Shown one piece after another: positions 1 to 10,669 of a stretch of 64,000 nucleotides of DNA. Origin of the DNA: Christensenella sp. (lineage in GTDB: Bacteria; Bacillota; Clostridia; Christensenellales; CAG-138); assembly GCA_034926785.1 (NCBI GenBank), contig JAYFQU010000021.1, positions 846 through 64,845 of the forward strand. Direction: 5' to 3'. A model generated the notes under the pieces. It did not search any database, was not told where the DNA came from, and saw nothing but the letters and a program-made list of their open reading frames with translations. Numbering within the stretch: the first letter of the stretch is position 1; every line of letters begins with the position of its first letter. The position numbers and the translations under genes were made by a program.

Positions 1-775
1 CTTCCATGTTCATCTTCTCGTCTATGATGTCGCGCGTGGTTCCGGCTGCGGCGGTGACAATCGCCCGTTCGTTGCCAAGCATCGCATTCATCAACGAGGA
101 TTTACCTACATTTGGCCGTCCGACGATTGCAACGCGCAGCCCGTCCCGGAGGACTCTCCCGCGTCGCGCAAGGGCAACCATTCCGTCAATGCGCCGTATC
201 GCCGCAGTAAGCGACTCCGGCAGCGCCTCCAGCGTATCCGCTTCCGCCTCGTCGGGGTAATCGATCGCCGCATCGATGCCGGAGAGAGCATCCGTCAATA
301 GCCGCTCGACTGATTCAATCTCCCGTTTTACGCCGCCCTGCAGCTGATGTAGCGCAGCCTTCAGGCTCTGCTCCGCATCCGCGTTGATGACGTCCATAAC
401 AGCTTCCGCTTCAGTCAAGTCCATCTTTCCGTTAAGAAACGCGCGTTTGGTGAATTCTCCGCATTCCGCCGGGCGAAAACCCAGCGAAGCGAGCGCGCCG
501 AGCGTTCTCTGCACCGTCTGCATCCCGCCGTGGATGTTCAGCTCCATCATGTGTTCACCGGTGTAGCTCCTTGGAGCGGGAAAATAGACCGCCATGCAGT
601 CGTCAATCAATTCTTCATTCTCCCTCAATTGTGCATGGATCATCTCACGAGGACGAATCGTCGGATCCCGATCCAGCAGCGTGCTCACTTTTGGCGCCAT
701 TTCGCCGGAGATGCGTATGATGGCGATCGCCCCTCCGATGGCGGAGGACGGCGCGTAGATTGTATCTTCTCTCAT
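1..775 (-). CDS. mnmE: tRNA modification GTPase MnmE (5' part; runs off the window start)
   Basis: Hand translation from ATG at 775: [24 protein letters not shown]...PRSYTGE...HGG...[21 protein letters not shown]...[10 protein letters not shown]...AGTTRD. Lies downstream of jag. Confidence 0.95.
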   Translation of the reverse strand, partial: MREDTIYAPSSAIGGAIAIIRISGEMAPKVSTLLDRDPTIRPREMIHAQLRENEELIDDCMAVYFPAPRSYTGEHMMELNIHGGMQTVQRTLGALASLGFRPAECGEFTKRAFLNGKMDLTEAEAVMDVINADAEQSLKAALHQLQGGVKREIESVERLLTDALSGIDAAIDYPDEAEADTLEALPESLTAAIRRIDGMVALARRGRVLRDGLRVAIVGRPNVGKSSLMNAMLGNERAIVTAAAGTTRDIIDEKMNME

Positions 776-839
776 GGTTCCCCTTGTCTTGTTCTCCTCC
801 AGTGTGACAGGTAATTGTTCCCGACCCAAAATAGAACAG

Positions 840-867
840 GAGCCGCCGTGTTTTGTTCCGGCGGCTC
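840..867 (-). terminator. Hairpin between jag and mnmE (possible terminator/attenuator)
   Basis: GAGCCGCCG/CGGCGGCTC 9-bp stem; T-rich tail on the minus strand. Confidence 0.5.
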
Positions 868-878
868 GTCTGCGTTTG

Positions 879-1766
879 TTATTTGGCTGGGGTTATCACA
901 ACATGGCGGTTGGGTTCCTCACCCTCGCTGTGCGTCGTTACACCGGCAAACCCCTGCAGGGCGCTATGCAGAATACGCCGCTCATAAGGATTCATAGGCT
1001 CCATTGCAATGGCGCGTCCCGTCTGGCGCACCTGCGTCGCATTCTTCCGCGCGAGACGTTTGAGCGTCTCCTCCCGGCGGGAACGATACCCCTCCGTGTC
1101 CAGCGTGACACGGACGTATCCTTCTTCTTTGCGGTTCTTGTTGGCAACCAGCGATACTAGATATTGCATGGCGTCCAGCGTTTCTCCGCGCCGGCCGATG
1201 AGCAAGCCCATCGTTTCCGCGTCGATGCAGAGGCGCAGCCCGTTCTCCGTTTCCGCCGCGCGAACAGGCGCGGGGTTGTTCATCTTTTGCAGCAGTTCGC
1301 CGAGGAACTCCGCGCATGGGGTGTTCTTCGCGAGTTCTTCGCTGTATTCAAAGTACTCTTCCGCCACAGGCTCGGCAACGCGTTCCTGGCGTCTGTCGCT
1401 CTGGCCGCCGCGGTACGCTCCCTGCGGGGCGGGGCCGCGCTGAATCCTGTCCGCGGGTTCCCTGCGCGCGGGGCGGTCGCCCTCCCTGCGTTCGGGTCTT
1501 GCTTCACGATTCCTCGGCTGCTGGTCGCGGCGCTGCTGAAAGCTCGCTTCCTTTTCTTTGCGATAAACCTGCTCCATCTCCATGACGAGCGGCACCTCGC
1601 GCTCGGTCAGGCGAACAACCGCCTGTTTCGCGCCGATTCCAAAGAGGCCTTTGCTCTCGGATTGAATGGTTTCGATTTCAACTTCGTCGATGGTCACGCC
1701 CATTTCGGTCAGGCCATGAAAGATGGCCTCGTCCACACTGTGGCCCGAAAATTCCATGCTCCTCAT
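879..1766 (-). CDS. jag: Jag/EloR (KhpB) RNA-binding protein (Jag_N, KH, R3H)
   Basis: KH motif [15 protein letters not shown]; R3H motif [13 protein letters not shown]...SEGEEPNR; ATGA overlap with yidC. Confidence 0.95.
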   Translation of the reverse strand: MRSMEFSGHSVDEAIFHGLTEMGVTIDEVEIETIQSESKGLFGIGAKQAVVRLTEREVPLVMEMEQVYRKEKEASFQQRRDQQPRNREARPERREGDRPARREPADRIQRGPAPQGAYRGGQSDRRQERVAEPVAEEYFEYSEELAKNTPCAEFLGELLQKMNNPAPVRAAETENGLRLCIDAETMGLLIGRRGETLDAMQYLVSLVANKNRKEEGYVRVTLDTEGYRSRREETLKRLARKNATQVRQTGRAIAMEPMNPYERRILHSALQGFAGVTTHSEGEEPNRHVVITPAK

Positions 1767-2737
1767 TTTTCTACAACCTCCGTCAGCGCAGCATTTTGCT
1801 TAGCAAACGAACGGTTAATCAGCAGCGATGTCCCGAGTGAGAAAATGTTGCTGAATGTCCAGTAGACGGCGAAACTTGCGTTATATTGGAGACAGAATAC
1901 GAATGACATAATTGGCATGAGCCAGTTCATCATCTTGTTGGTGCTCGCCGTTGCGTCGCTCTTAGGCTGGTTCTTTTGCATGATCCAAGTCGAGAGATAG
2001 GTGGTTGCGCCCGCCAGAATCGGGAATATGAACCATCCGTTATTCAGGCCATTATAAAGATCCGCACAGGGTGCCATCAGCGCCGTATAGCGCGCGGTTA
2101 AATCTTCCGACAGGGTTGCCAGAGCATAGGCGTTGCCGTTTTTCACGAAGAACCCGAGATCGACAAACCGTTGCAGCGCTTCCGGATGCTCCTGGAAATA
2201 GAGCAGTTGCGGAAGTTTCGCGTTCGCCGCGCCAAAGAATTCCTTTGCGGTGGCAATGACCGGAGAAAACCCGTTATCCGGCATCCAGAGGTTATTCACC
2301 CAGAAAAACTTAAAGCTCTGGAAAAGTTCAATGCCCTTGTCCTTATTGTCGTCCAGGGTGAGGATGAGGCGAACCATCATCTCGTTGCCCCATTGGCGGA
2401 ACGCCGCAATAAAGATAAAGAACAGCGGCATGGTAATCAGCATCGGCAAACAACCGCCAAACATGCTGACGCCCTTTTCACGCATGAGCTTTTGCTGCTC
2501 GGTGTTCAGGCGCTGCGGATCTTTTTCATACTTTTTACGAAGCTTGTCGAGCTGCGGCTGAATAGCCGCCATCTTCATGGAAGACTTTCTCGAATTGATG
2601 TCGCCGAAAACAGTGAGGCTGCGGATGATCAGCGTCGCGATGATAATCGTCAAAACGATGCTCTGGTTGGTTAGGGCTTCGTAAAGCCAGCGCATTCCGA
2701 GGAATGCCCATTGTGTAATGAAGAAATCGCCTTGCAA
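1763..2737 (-). CDS. yidC: Membrane protein insertase YidC/Oxa1
   Basis: KMAAIQPQLDKLRKKY, GGCLPMLI, YWTFSN motifs; synteny; TTG start. Confidence 0.93.
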   Translation of the reverse strand: MQGDFFITQWAFLGMRWLYEALTNQSIVLTIIIATLIIRSLTVFGDINSRKSSMKMAAIQPQLDKLRKKYEKDPQRLNTEQQKLMREKGVSMFGGCLPMLITMPLFFIFIAAFRQWGNEMMVRLILTLDDNKDKGIELFQSFKFFWVNNLWMPDNGFSPVIATAKEFFGAANAKLPQLLYFQEHPEALQRFVDLGFFVKNGNAYALATLSEDLTARYTALMAPCADLYNGLNNGWFIFPILAGATTYLSTWIMQKNQPKSDATASTNKMMNWLMPIMSFVFCLQYNASFAVYWTFSNIFSLGTSLLINRSFAKQNAALTEVVEK

Positions 2738-2811
2738 GGGGGATGCCCTCCTCTTCTATATACAGTATTTTGTTTTCATTTTAGAATCGATTGGAGATCG
2801 TGTCTTAGCAT

Positions 2812-3021
2812 TTACGGAACCGGATCATAGCCGCCTTTGCAGAATGGGTTGCAGCGGAGTATGCGCCATATGGCAAGAAGTCCGCCCTTCCATGCCCCGT
2901 GTTTCTGTATGGCCTCTATCGCATATTCGGAGCATGTTGGCGTAAAGCGGCAGCTCGGCGGCAACAACGGCGAGATATATTTCTTATATCCGCGAACAAT
3001 CGCAATCATTGCCCGTTTCAC
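2812..3021 (-). CDS. yidD: Membrane protein insertion efficiency factor YidD
   Basis: [32 protein letters not shown]. Confidence 0.97.
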   Translation of the reverse strand: MKRAMIAIVRGYKKYISPLLPPSCRFTPTCSEYAIEAIQKHGAWKGGLLAIWRILRCNPFCKGGYDPVP

Positions 3022-3368
3022 TTGCCTTCCTCCGTTTTCCAGAGGCCTGCGCGGATCAGCTGCGCGGTCATGCCCTCGCGAATGCTCAAAAACGGAGCGT
3101 CAATCATCGGCTCTCGCGCGATGAATATCATGTTCATGCCGCCTTTGATTTGAGGAATCAGCGGGGTTACCGCCTCGCGCATGCGCCGCTTAACGCGATT
3201 TCTTACAACTGCATTGCCAATTTTCTTACTGACCGAAAAGCCAATTTTCACGTCACTGATGCGGTTTTTCGCATAGACCAGAGAGAGCAGCCTCCCCGAA
3301 CAGGACTTTCCCGCGCGATAGGTATAGCGAAACTCTTTTTTCCGCCGCAGCGAATCACTATGCTTCAC
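3018..3368 (-). CDS. rnpA: Ribonuclease P protein component
   Basis: RNR motif [23 protein letters not shown]. Confidence 0.97.
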   Translation of the reverse strand: MKHSDSLRRKKEFRYTYRAGKSCSGRLLSLVYAKNRISDVKIGFSVSKKIGNAVVRNRVKRRMREAVTPLIPQIKGGMNMIFIAREPMIDAPFLSIREGMTAQLIRAGLWKTEEGK

Positions 3369-3559
3369 AACGCCGCATCCTTTTTAAACAACATACCGTG
3401 GGCTGCGCGTGCTCTCCCGCATACGATCTGCAAAACCATATGCCGAAATGCAACGCGTCAAACGAAAGCCTTATCCTTTTGAAAATACAAACATGCGGCA
3501 AGCATATGCCTGCCGCAGGCGCTTGTGCGTTCTGTTACGGTTCTGATAAAGCAATACCG

Positions 3560-3694
3560 TTACGCGCTGAGAACTTTGCGGCCTTTCGCGCGTCTACGCT
3601 TGATGACATTGCGGCCGTCTGCCGACTTCATGCGCTTACGGAACCCGTGAACCTTGCTCCGCTGACGCTTCTTGGGCTGGAAGGTACGTACCAC
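3560..3694 (-). CDS. rpmH: 50S ribosomal protein L34
   Basis: 44 aa (M)[21 protein letters not shown]...GRKVLSA from GTG at 3694; GAGGTG RBS. Confidence 0.97.
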   Translation of the reverse strand: MVRTFQPKKRQRSKVHGFRKRMKSADGRNVIKRRRAKGRKVLSA

Positions 3695-3793
3695 CCGAAT
3701 ACACCTCGCTTCATTAGTAGAATCCCGCAGACACTCTGCCTGCGATAAAAATCGCACATACAGGCATTTACCCGCATGATATGAACCTTAAGT

Positions 3794-3823
3794 ATTATAG
3801 TGGACGGCACAAACCCGTGTCAA
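3794..3823 (-). promoter_or_regulatory. Sigma-A promoter of rpmH operon
   Basis: TTGACA-N18-TATAAT on the minus strand. Confidence 0.8.
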
Positions 3824-3916
3824 GGAAATCTTGGTTGCGTTTTTTCGATATCCGATTGTCATTCGAGAAAAGCAAGCTTTCCCAACAAGGTCACGGGTTG
3901 GAGAGATTCGCCGCGC

Positions 3917-5002
3917 TTAGCGGATTTTAGCGAACACCAGTCTCCCTGCCGAGGTTTGCAGCGCGCTGGTCACCACGATGTCGAGCGTCTCGCCAATATG
4001 TTTTCTGCCGCTCTCGATGATCACCATCGTTCCATCCGGAAGATAGCCAACCCCCTGCCCGGCCTCCTTGCCCTCTTTTACGATGGCAATCGGCAGTTCT
4101 TCGCCCGGCAACAGAACCGAACGCACCGCGTTGGCAAGGTCGTTGATATTCAGAACAGCCATATTCTGAACCGCAGCAACCTTGTTGAGGTTATAGTCGT
4201 TGGTCACCAATATGCCGTTAAGATCCGCCGCCAACTTTAAGAGTTTGAGGTCAACCTCATCAATCTCGTCATAATCCCGCTCCTCCACGACGACGCGCTG
4301 CTCAAGCTCTCTCTGCATGGAGTGGAGTATGTCGAGTCCCCTGCGCCCGCGGGAGCGCTTCATCGCATCCGAGCTGTCCGCAATGTGCCTGAGCTCCTTC
4401 AGCACAAACGAAGGCACTACGATCTTTCCCTCTAGGAAGCCGGTCTTGCAAATGTCGTAGATGCGCCCGTCGATGATAACGCTCGTATCCAGAACCTTCG
4501 GTCTGGCGTTGGCGGAGGAAAGCCCTTTTCCAAGATGACCGCGCCGCGTGGTTCCGTCCATGAGCTCCGACCGCCTCGTAATGCCAACATAGCCGCCATA
4601 ATAGCCAAAAATAACGAACAGCAGCAGTGTGATGACCTCCGGCAGCACCGGTACATCAATGGTACGCATAATGAGGCTGAGCAGGAATGCGAACAGCAAA
4701 CCAAGCATAATGCCCAGCGCACCAAAAAGGATATCAAGCGCGGGCATCTCGGTGAGTTTACATTCCAGTTTCTGAAAAAAGCCGTGAATGCCGTCTATGA
4801 TCTTTGGTGAGATAATATAAAATATGATTCCAAATGAAATGCCAACGATCACATAGAGGGCAACCATCACGGCGGGAATGGTGGTATAGCGCAGCACATA
4901 ATCAAATCCGGGGCACTTAAATGAATAGAGCACCCATGCGACGATTCCACAGCCAATACCTATACCGACCAGTGCGAGGAGTATTCTTAGTACCTTCCGC
5001 AT
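3917..5002 (-). CDS. Membrane PIN/TRAM domain protein (YacL family)
   Basis: N-terminal TM helices; PIN motif LDTSVIIDGRI...RGRRGLDIL...TNDYNLNKVA; TRAM motif GKEAGQGVGYLPDGTMV...LQTSAGRLVFA. Confidence 0.93.
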   Translation of the reverse strand: MRKVLRILLALVGIGIGCGIVAWVLYSFKCPGFDYVLRYTTIPAVMVALYVIVGISFGIIFYIISPKIIDGIHGFFQKLECKLTEMPALDILFGALGIMLGLLFAFLLSLIMRTIDVPVLPEVITLLLFVIFGYYGGYVGITRRSELMDGTTRRGHLGKGLSSANARPKVLDTSVIIDGRIYDICKTGFLEGKIVVPSFVLKELRHIADSSDAMKRSRGRRGLDILHSMQRELEQRVVVEERDYDEIDEVDLKLLKLAADLNGILVTNDYNLNKVAAVQNMAVLNINDLANAVRSVLLPGEELPIAIVKEGKEAGQGVGYLPDGTMVIIESGRKHIGETLDIVVTSALQTSAGRLVFAKIR

Positions 5003-5029
5003 GCAGTGATTGGCGTTTTCCCGTTCTCT

Positions 5030-5500
5030 TTAACCCCCAACAAGGGGAAGGAATTCGCTTTCCTCCTTTCCACTCGACGCGGATAATTCAGCCAATAGCA
5101 CCTGCCGCGCCGTTAGATACATTTTTCGCTCTCCTGCGGAGAGCCCTTTTTCCCGATCCCGATGGATCAGGCATTTTACCACATCGGCAACACCGAAGAT
5201 ATCGCCGACGCGCAGTTTATTCAGGTTGTCGCGGTAGCGCTGATTCCAGTTGTCACTCTCGTTCGAGCAGCCATCCTCCGTGAGGAACGCAATCACCTGC
5301 TCGCAGTCTGCCGGACAGACAAGCCGTCTCAGTCCCACCGCCTCTGCCGATGCAACGGGGACCATTGCCGTCATGCGGCCCATGACAAAGCGCAGCAGAT
5401 AATACTGCGTCGTCTCGCCAAGCACGGTCTGATCCTGCACGGATTCAATCTGTCCAACGCCATGCATCGGGTAGCAAACCATATCACCTATCTGAAACAC
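5030..5500 (-). CDS. carD: CarD family transcription factor
   Basis: FQIGDMVCYPMHGVG...WNQRYR...GLSAGERKM; GTG at 5500 lies 8 nt from an AAAGGAG RBS. Confidence 0.92.
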   Translation of the reverse strand: MFQIGDMVCYPMHGVGQIESVQDQTVLGETTQYYLLRFVMGRMTAMVPVASAEAVGLRRLVCPADCEQVIAFLTEDGCSNESDNWNQRYRDNLNKLRVGDIFGVADVVKCLIHRDREKGLSAGERKMYLTARQVLLAELSASSGKEESEFLPLVGG

Positions 5501-5541
5501 CGGCAACGCTCCTTTCTTCCGCTCTGCATCACATATTTGAT

Positions 5542-5611
5542 ACTATATCATTTTTCATTCGAAATTGTCAACAAAATCTCGTATAATATCACACCATACA
5601 GGCGCTGTCAA
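5542..5611 (-). promoter_or_regulatory. Two tandem sigma-A promoters upstream of carD
   Basis: TTGACA(5566-5571)-N18-TATAGT(5542-5547) and TTGACA(5606-5611)-N17-TATTAT(5583-5588); both have extended TG. Confidence 0.6.
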
Positions 5612-5724
5612 CAAAATAATTTAGAAAAAGTATGCTTCTTCTTTTTTGCTTGCTCTGGTTTCTTATGATCGTTCATTTTGGGAGAAAATCGACCTGTCGT
5701 TTCTATGCGTCGTTCGATCAAGGA

Positions 5725-5757
5725 AGGGGCGAAGGCTCTTTTTCCGCCTTCGCCCCT
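5725..5757 (-). terminator. Hairpin downstream of prs
   Basis: AGGGGCGAAGGC/GCCTTCGCCCCT 12-bp stem about 23 nt after the prs stop; weak U-tract. Confidence 0.55.
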
Positions 5758-5780
5758 GTGGAATTCCAAAGGTATGCTGA

Positions 5781-6794
5781 TTACAGCAAAGTCTGCTGTT
5801 CCGCAAAGCTCATGTCCAGCAGCCGCTTGCTCACGCGCTGCTCGAACATGGTGCTCATCGGCGCCCGGTCGTGGATAATCTTAACCGCCTGCGCAAACAT
5901 CGGCGCGGCGGAGATGAAGCGAATCTTGGGCGAGAGGCTCGCCGCGGGACATTCCAGCGTGTCGGTGGAGACGAGAAACTCAATTGGGCTCGCGTCGATC
6001 TTCTTCACGCCCTCTTCGCCGAGCACGTTGTGCGAGAGCGCGGCGTAGATCTTCTTTGCGCCCTTGTCGCGCAGGGCGTAACTCACGTCAACCAGCGTTC
6101 CGCCGGAGATGGAGAAGTCGTCGATCACCAGGCAGTTCTTGTCCTTCACATCGCCGATCACTTCGAGAACCTTTGCGTTCTCGTCGTGCCCAAAGCGCAT
6201 TTTATCGCCGATGGCGACCGGGCAGTTCAGTTCAGTCGCATACTCGCGCGCACGCTTAGCGGAACCCGCATCCGGCGAGACAACGACGAGATCCTCGTTT
6301 ACGATGCCCTGCCTGCGAATATACTCGCAGAGCAGCTCCTTTGCATAGAGATGATCGACCGGTTTTTTAAAGAATCCCTGTACCTGCGGTGCATGCAAGT
6401 CCATCGTGATGATGCGGTCAACACCCGCAGCCTCGATGCAGTCTGCGCAGACTCTCGCGCGTATGGAAACGCGCGGCTCGTCTTTTTTGTCGCCCTTGGC
6501 ATAGGAAAAATACGGAATAATCGCGGTGACGGAGTTTGCGCTGGCGCGTTTAAAGGCATCAATCCAAAACAACAGTTCAACAAACTCGTCATTCGGCTGG
6601 CGGCCAATGGGCTGAACAATGTAAACGTCCTTGTCGCGGATGGATTCATTGACGCGCACGAAGATATTTCCTTCGCTGAACTTAATGGTCTCCGCGTCGC
6701 CAAGCTGCGTCCCTAGATAGGCGCACATCTTCTTGGCAAACGGCTTCCCCGTGCTTCCGGCAAATATCTTGATAATTCCAGAACCCGTGTACAT
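5781..6794 (-). CDS. prs: Ribose-phosphate pyrophosphokinase (divergent PRPP synthetase)
   Basis: KFSEGNIFV, IIPYFSYA, ITMDLHAPQVQGFF, VVSPDAG, IGDVKDK..IDDFSISGGTL; start ATG 6794 with RBS. Confidence 0.9.
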   Translation of the reverse strand: MYTGSGIIKIFAGSTGKPFAKKMCAYLGTQLGDAETIKFSEGNIFVRVNESIRDKDVYIVQPIGRQPNDEFVELLFWIDAFKRASANSVTAIIPYFSYAKGDKKDEPRVSIRARVCADCIEAAGVDRIITMDLHAPQVQGFFKKPVDHLYAKELLCEYIRRQGIVNEDLVVVSPDAGSAKRAREYATELNCPVAIGDKMRFGHDENAKVLEVIGDVKDKNCLVIDDFSISGGTLVDVSYALRDKGAKKIYAALSHNVLGEEGVKKIDASPIEFLVSTDTLECPAASLSPKIRFISAAPMFAQAVKIIHDRAPMSTMFEQRVSKRLLDMSFAEQQTLL

Positions 6795-6855
6795 CTGTTT
6801 TTCCTCTTTCCCCAAAACGTAATGTTCCGTCGTCCCCTTCGCTCTCTGTAACCAC

Positions 6856-6884
6856 ATTATATCAGAGGGAGCGAAGGTTCTCAA
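6856..6884 (-). promoter_or_regulatory. Sigma-A promoter of prs
   Basis: TTGAGA-N17-TATAAT with extended TG. Confidence 0.7.
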
Positions 6885-7005
6885 CACAATATGGCCGGTG
6901 TGCGCGAATTTGTGCATTTCTAGCGAAAACTGCCGCGCTAAACACCGCATGCCAATTCTTTCCGTCCGCGGCAAGCTGTTGTTCAAGCTTTGCCGCAGCC
7001 GGTTC

Positions 7006-7872
7006 TTATGCTTCCTGACGGGTCGGCTTTCGTACCGGGCGTGCCTCAAAAAAAGCCCGGCACTCGTTCAGCACAGGTATCGCCTGCCAGGTCTGCCCCG
7101 GCTGTACTCCCGGCCTATGCGCGCCGTGATAATCGCTTCCGCAGGTGACGATCAGGTCAAGCTGCCGCGCGATGCTCACGAGCACCGTGCTGTCCCCCTC
7201 GCTTAGCGAGGGATGATATCCCTCCAGCCCCAGGAGTCCAAGCTCTCTGAGCTGCGGTGCCAGTTTATGTGGATCGGGGTGCCCATTCAGCGGATGCGCC
7301 CACACAGGGACTCCGCCGGCACCGCGAATCAATCGAATGATCTCCTCCGGCGAGAATCGCTCCACCTGATAGTAACCAGAACATCCCTTGCGCAGATACT
7401 TGGCAAAGGCCTCCTTCGTGTCCGCCGCAAATCCGCCCTTCACGAGCGCGAGGGCGATGTTCAGCCGCGTCGCGGTTTCTATTTCGCGCGGCAGATATGG
7501 GTCGATGTCGCAGCCGATGTTCTTCAGCCGCGCCGCAATCTCCGCGTTGCGCTTCCCCCGGCGGATCAGCGCCCTCTCCAACGCCTGCTTCATGCGCGTT
7601 TCTTCCGTGTCGATGTCGAGGCCGAGAATGTGCATTTCGTGCGGCCACTCGGCGTCCATCTCAATGGCTGGCAGCAGCCGAATGCCGATGCGCTCTGCCT
7701 CCTCCATCGCCTCAGGCACTCCGCTTACGTTGTCATGGTCGGTCAGCGCCAGCAGTGAAATTCCGCGTGCGGCCGCCGCGCGCATCACCTCGGCTGGCGC
7801 GTCCGAGCCATCCGAGCAGTTGCTATGCAGATGCAGGTCGAATGGGCTGTTGTTTTTCTCGCTTGTCTTCAA
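7006..7872 (-). CDS. PHP domain phosphoesterase (TrpH/YciV-like)
   Basis: DLHLHSNCSDG, LTDHD, HILG, AHP, GSDYHG motifs. Confidence 0.9.
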   Translation of the reverse strand: MKTSEKNNSPFDLHLHSNCSDGSDAPAEVMRAAAARGISLLALTDHDNVSGVPEAMEEAERIGIRLLPAIEMDAEWPHEMHILGLDIDTEETRMKQALERALIRRGKRNAEIAARLKNIGCDIDPYLPREIETATRLNIALALVKGGFAADTKEAFAKYLRKGCSGYYQVERFSPEEIIRLIRGAGGVPVWAHPLNGHPDPHKLAPQLRELGLLGLEGYHPSLSEGDSTVLVSIARQLDLIVTCGSDYHGAHRPGVQPGQTWQAIPVLNECRAFFEARPVRKPTRQEA

Positions 7873-7993
7873 CTTTTTGTTCCTGTTCTTCGCTTGCGCC
7901 TTGGCGTCTTCATAAAGATAGGGCGGACTGGCCGCCCCATCTTGGGATTGCTATAGTCGTTTTTACGGGTGTTCGGTTCTCTCTGCCGTCTGA

Positions 7994-9994
7994 TTACGCG
8001 GGCTCGCCGCTTGGCTCTCCGGTCGCCGGCGGTTCGGTCTGCGCATCCGCCTTCTTCCTTCTGCGCTTGGGGGAAGCCTTTTTCAGGATTGACGCCGGAT
8101 CCGATCCGTTGAACACTGCCTCGAACTCCTCACCGGTAACGCGCTCATATTCAATCAGCATTTCCGATACACGATCAAGCGCCTCCATATGCTCGCTGAT
8201 AATCGAGCGGGCGCGGGCATACTGCGTGTCCAGAATCTTCCGAACCTCGTTATCTACGGTGGCTGCGAGGGACTCGGAGTAGTTGCGCTGGTGTCCCCAA
8301 TCCTTGGCGATGAATACCTCTTCCTGTCCGCCGAGGAACATCGGGCCTACCGACTCGCTCATGCCGTATTCGGTCACCATCTTTTTCGCGATATCGCTTG
8401 CGCGCTGCAGGTCGCTGTAGGCGCCGGTCGAAACATCGTGAAATTTCAGTTGCTCCGCAACGCGTCCGCCAAGCGACATAGCGATATTATCCAGCAGTTT
8501 ATTTTTCGTAATATGCATCATGTCCTCTTTGGGCAGGGACATGGTGTACCCCGCGGCCATACCGCGCGGCACAATGGAAACCTCGTGCACCGGATCACAG
8601 CCCGGCAGCATCATCGCGACGATCGCATGGCCAGCTTCATGGAAGGCGGTGATTTTTTTGTCCGCCTCGGTGATAACGCGGCTGCGCTTCTCCGGTCCCA
8701 TCTGCACACGGGTAATCGCCTCTTCCAGCTCGTTCATGCCGATGGCTTTCAGGTTCGCGCGCGCGGCGAGGATCGCCGCCTCGTTGAGTACGTTCTCCAG
8801 ATCCGCGCCTGTAAAGCCAGGGGTGCGTTTGGCCAGAGTCGCAAGGGAAACCTCTTTCCCAAGGGGCTTGTTGCGCGCGTGCACTTTCAAAATCTCTTCG
8901 CGCCCCTTGACGTCGGGATAGTTTACCGTGATCTGGCGGTCAAAGCGGCCAGGACGCAACAGCGCGGGATCCAGGATGTCCGGGCGGTTCGTCGCGGCAA
9001 TCACGATGATGCCCTCGTTCGGCGCAAACCCGTCCATTTCGACGAGAAGCTGATTGAGCGTCTGCTCTCTTTCGTCATGTCCTCCGCCCATGCCGGCGCC
9101 ACGGTGGCGACCGACGGCGTCGATTTCGTCGATGAATACAACCGCCGGGGTCGTGCGCTTTGCGGTCTGGAAAAGATCGCGCACACGGGACGCGCCAACG
9201 CCGACGAACATTTCAACGAAATCCGATCCCGAAATCGAGAAAAACGGCACCTTGGCCTCGCCTGCAACGGCTTTTGCCAGCAGTGTCTTGCCCGTGCCTG
9301 GAGGGCCTACAAGCAGCACTCCCTTTGGAATGCGCGCACCAATAGCGTTAAATCGCGCGGGCGCACGCATAAACTCGACGATCTCCTTTAGTTCTTCCTT
9401 TTCCTCGTCCGCTCCGGCGACGTCAGCGAAAGTAACGTTCATCTTGTCGCCTATGGTCATCCGCGCGCGGGATTTGCCGAAGTTTTGCATCTGCTTTCCG
9501 CCGCCCTGCGCGCGCATCATAAAGAAATAGAAAACGCCGAACGCGCCAAAGATGAGCAGATAGGGCAATACCAGCGACCAGAACGATTCTTCAACAATCT
9601 TGGATTCATACTTAAATCCATAGTCTGCGCTGGAAACCTGATCCACACTGGTGAATTTTTCAGGGTGCGCGCTGTATACAATCGCCGCCATGTCGGCGCG
9701 GAAGGTGCTTTCGCTCGGAATGACAACATAAAACTCCGCGCGCTTTGGCAAATCCTTACCCTCGCTTTTGCTGCCCGCGTAGAGTCCATATACCTCCCGC
9801 TGATCCACCTGGATGGCCTTGATTGTCTTTCCGGTTGTATCTCCGCTTTCGGTATTGCGAACAAGCTGCAGAAACTCGGTGTTATAGTCGAGTTTATCCA
9901 GTGTATCCTGCGTTGGATTCAGCCCCGAAACCATGTAGATAATTGCCGCAAAGAGCACCACCCAGATCACGGCGGTCATGACTTTTTTATTCAA
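7994..9994 (-). CDS. ftsH: ATP-dependent zinc metalloprotease FtsH
   Basis: Two TMs, [39 protein letters not shown]. Confidence 0.98.
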   Translation of the reverse strand: MNKKVMTAVIWVVLFAAIIYMVSGLNPTQDTLDKLDYNTEFLQLVRNTESGDTTGKTIKAIQVDQREVYGLYAGSKSEGKDLPKRAEFYVVIPSESTFRADMAAIVYSAHPEKFTSVDQVSSADYGFKYESKIVEESFWSLVLPYLLIFGAFGVFYFFMMRAQGGGKQMQNFGKSRARMTIGDKMNVTFADVAGADEEKEELKEIVEFMRAPARFNAIGARIPKGVLLVGPPGTGKTLLAKAVAGEAKVPFFSISGSDFVEMFVGVGASRVRDLFQTAKRTTPAVVFIDEIDAVGRHRGAGMGGGHDEREQTLNQLLVEMDGFAPNEGIIVIAATNRPDILDPALLRPGRFDRQITVNYPDVKGREEILKVHARNKPLGKEVSLATLAKRTPGFTGADLENVLNEAAILAARANLKAIGMNELEEAITRVQMGPEKRSRVITEADKKITAFHEAGHAIVAMMLPGCDPVHEVSIVPRGMAAGYTMSLPKEDMMHITKNKLLDNIAMSLGGRVAEQLKFHDVSTGAYSDLQRASDIAKKMVTEYGMSESVGPMFLGGQEEVFIAKDWGHQRNYSESLAATVDNEVRKILDTQYARARSIISEHMEALDRVSEMLIEYERVTGEEFEAVFNGSDPASILKKASPKRRRKKADAQTEPPATGEPSGEPA

Positions 9995-10102
9995 CTAGTT
10001 ATCCTCCATCTGCGGTGGCGCTCTTTCCGCCGCCGCGCGATTCGGGCGGCGTCTTCGCCGTCCCGATCTGCCGTATCCAAAAGATACGGACGCGTTATTT
10101 CG

Positions 10103-10669
10103 TTATTCTCCCTCGCTGTAAACGGAGGGCTTCAGCACGCCAACATAGGGCAGGTTGCGCAAAAAGCCGTTATAATCCAGGCCATATCCAACGACGAATT
10201 CGTTGGGTATGATGAATCCGCAGTAATCCGGCGAAATATCCGTCTCCCTGCGCGAAGGCTTATCCAGCAAACAGCAAATCTTCAGCGACGCGGGATTGCG
10301 GCTGTCCAGCAGTTTTGCAAGATGCGATAGCGTCAGCCCGCTGTCCATGATGTCCTCGGCAATAATCACATGCTTGCCGGTAATCGAGGTGTCGATATCC
10401 TTAGTAATGCGCACAATGCCGCTGGTCTTCTGTTCGTTACCGTAGCTGGAGATGCCCATAAATTCCATCTGCAGGTTCAAATCCATTTCGCGCGCAAGGT
10501 CGGCAAAGAACATGACCGCTCCTTTAAGAATGCAGATGAGCACGATCTCGCCGTCGGCATCCGCATAATCGCGGCGCAATTCAGCGCCGAGTTCCGCAAT
10601 GCGTTTTTTAATCTGCTCTTCTGAGACGAGTATATGCGCGATGTCGTCGTGATTGATGAGCCTGTTCAA
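10103..10669 (-). CDS. hpt: Hypoxanthine phosphoribosyltransferase
   Basis: ILKGAVMFFADL, IIAEDIMDSGLTL, FVVGYGLDY; tilS-hpt-ftsH synteny. Confidence 0.96.
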   Translation of the reverse strand: MNRLINHDDIAHILVSEEQIKKRIAELGAELRRDYADADGEIVLICILKGAVMFFADLAREMDLNLQMEFMGISSYGNEQKTSGIVRITKDIDTSITGKHVIIAEDIMDSGLTLSHLAKLLDSRNPASLKICCLLDKPSRRETDISPDYCGFIIPNEFVVGYGLDYNGFLRNLPYVGVLKPSVYSEGE

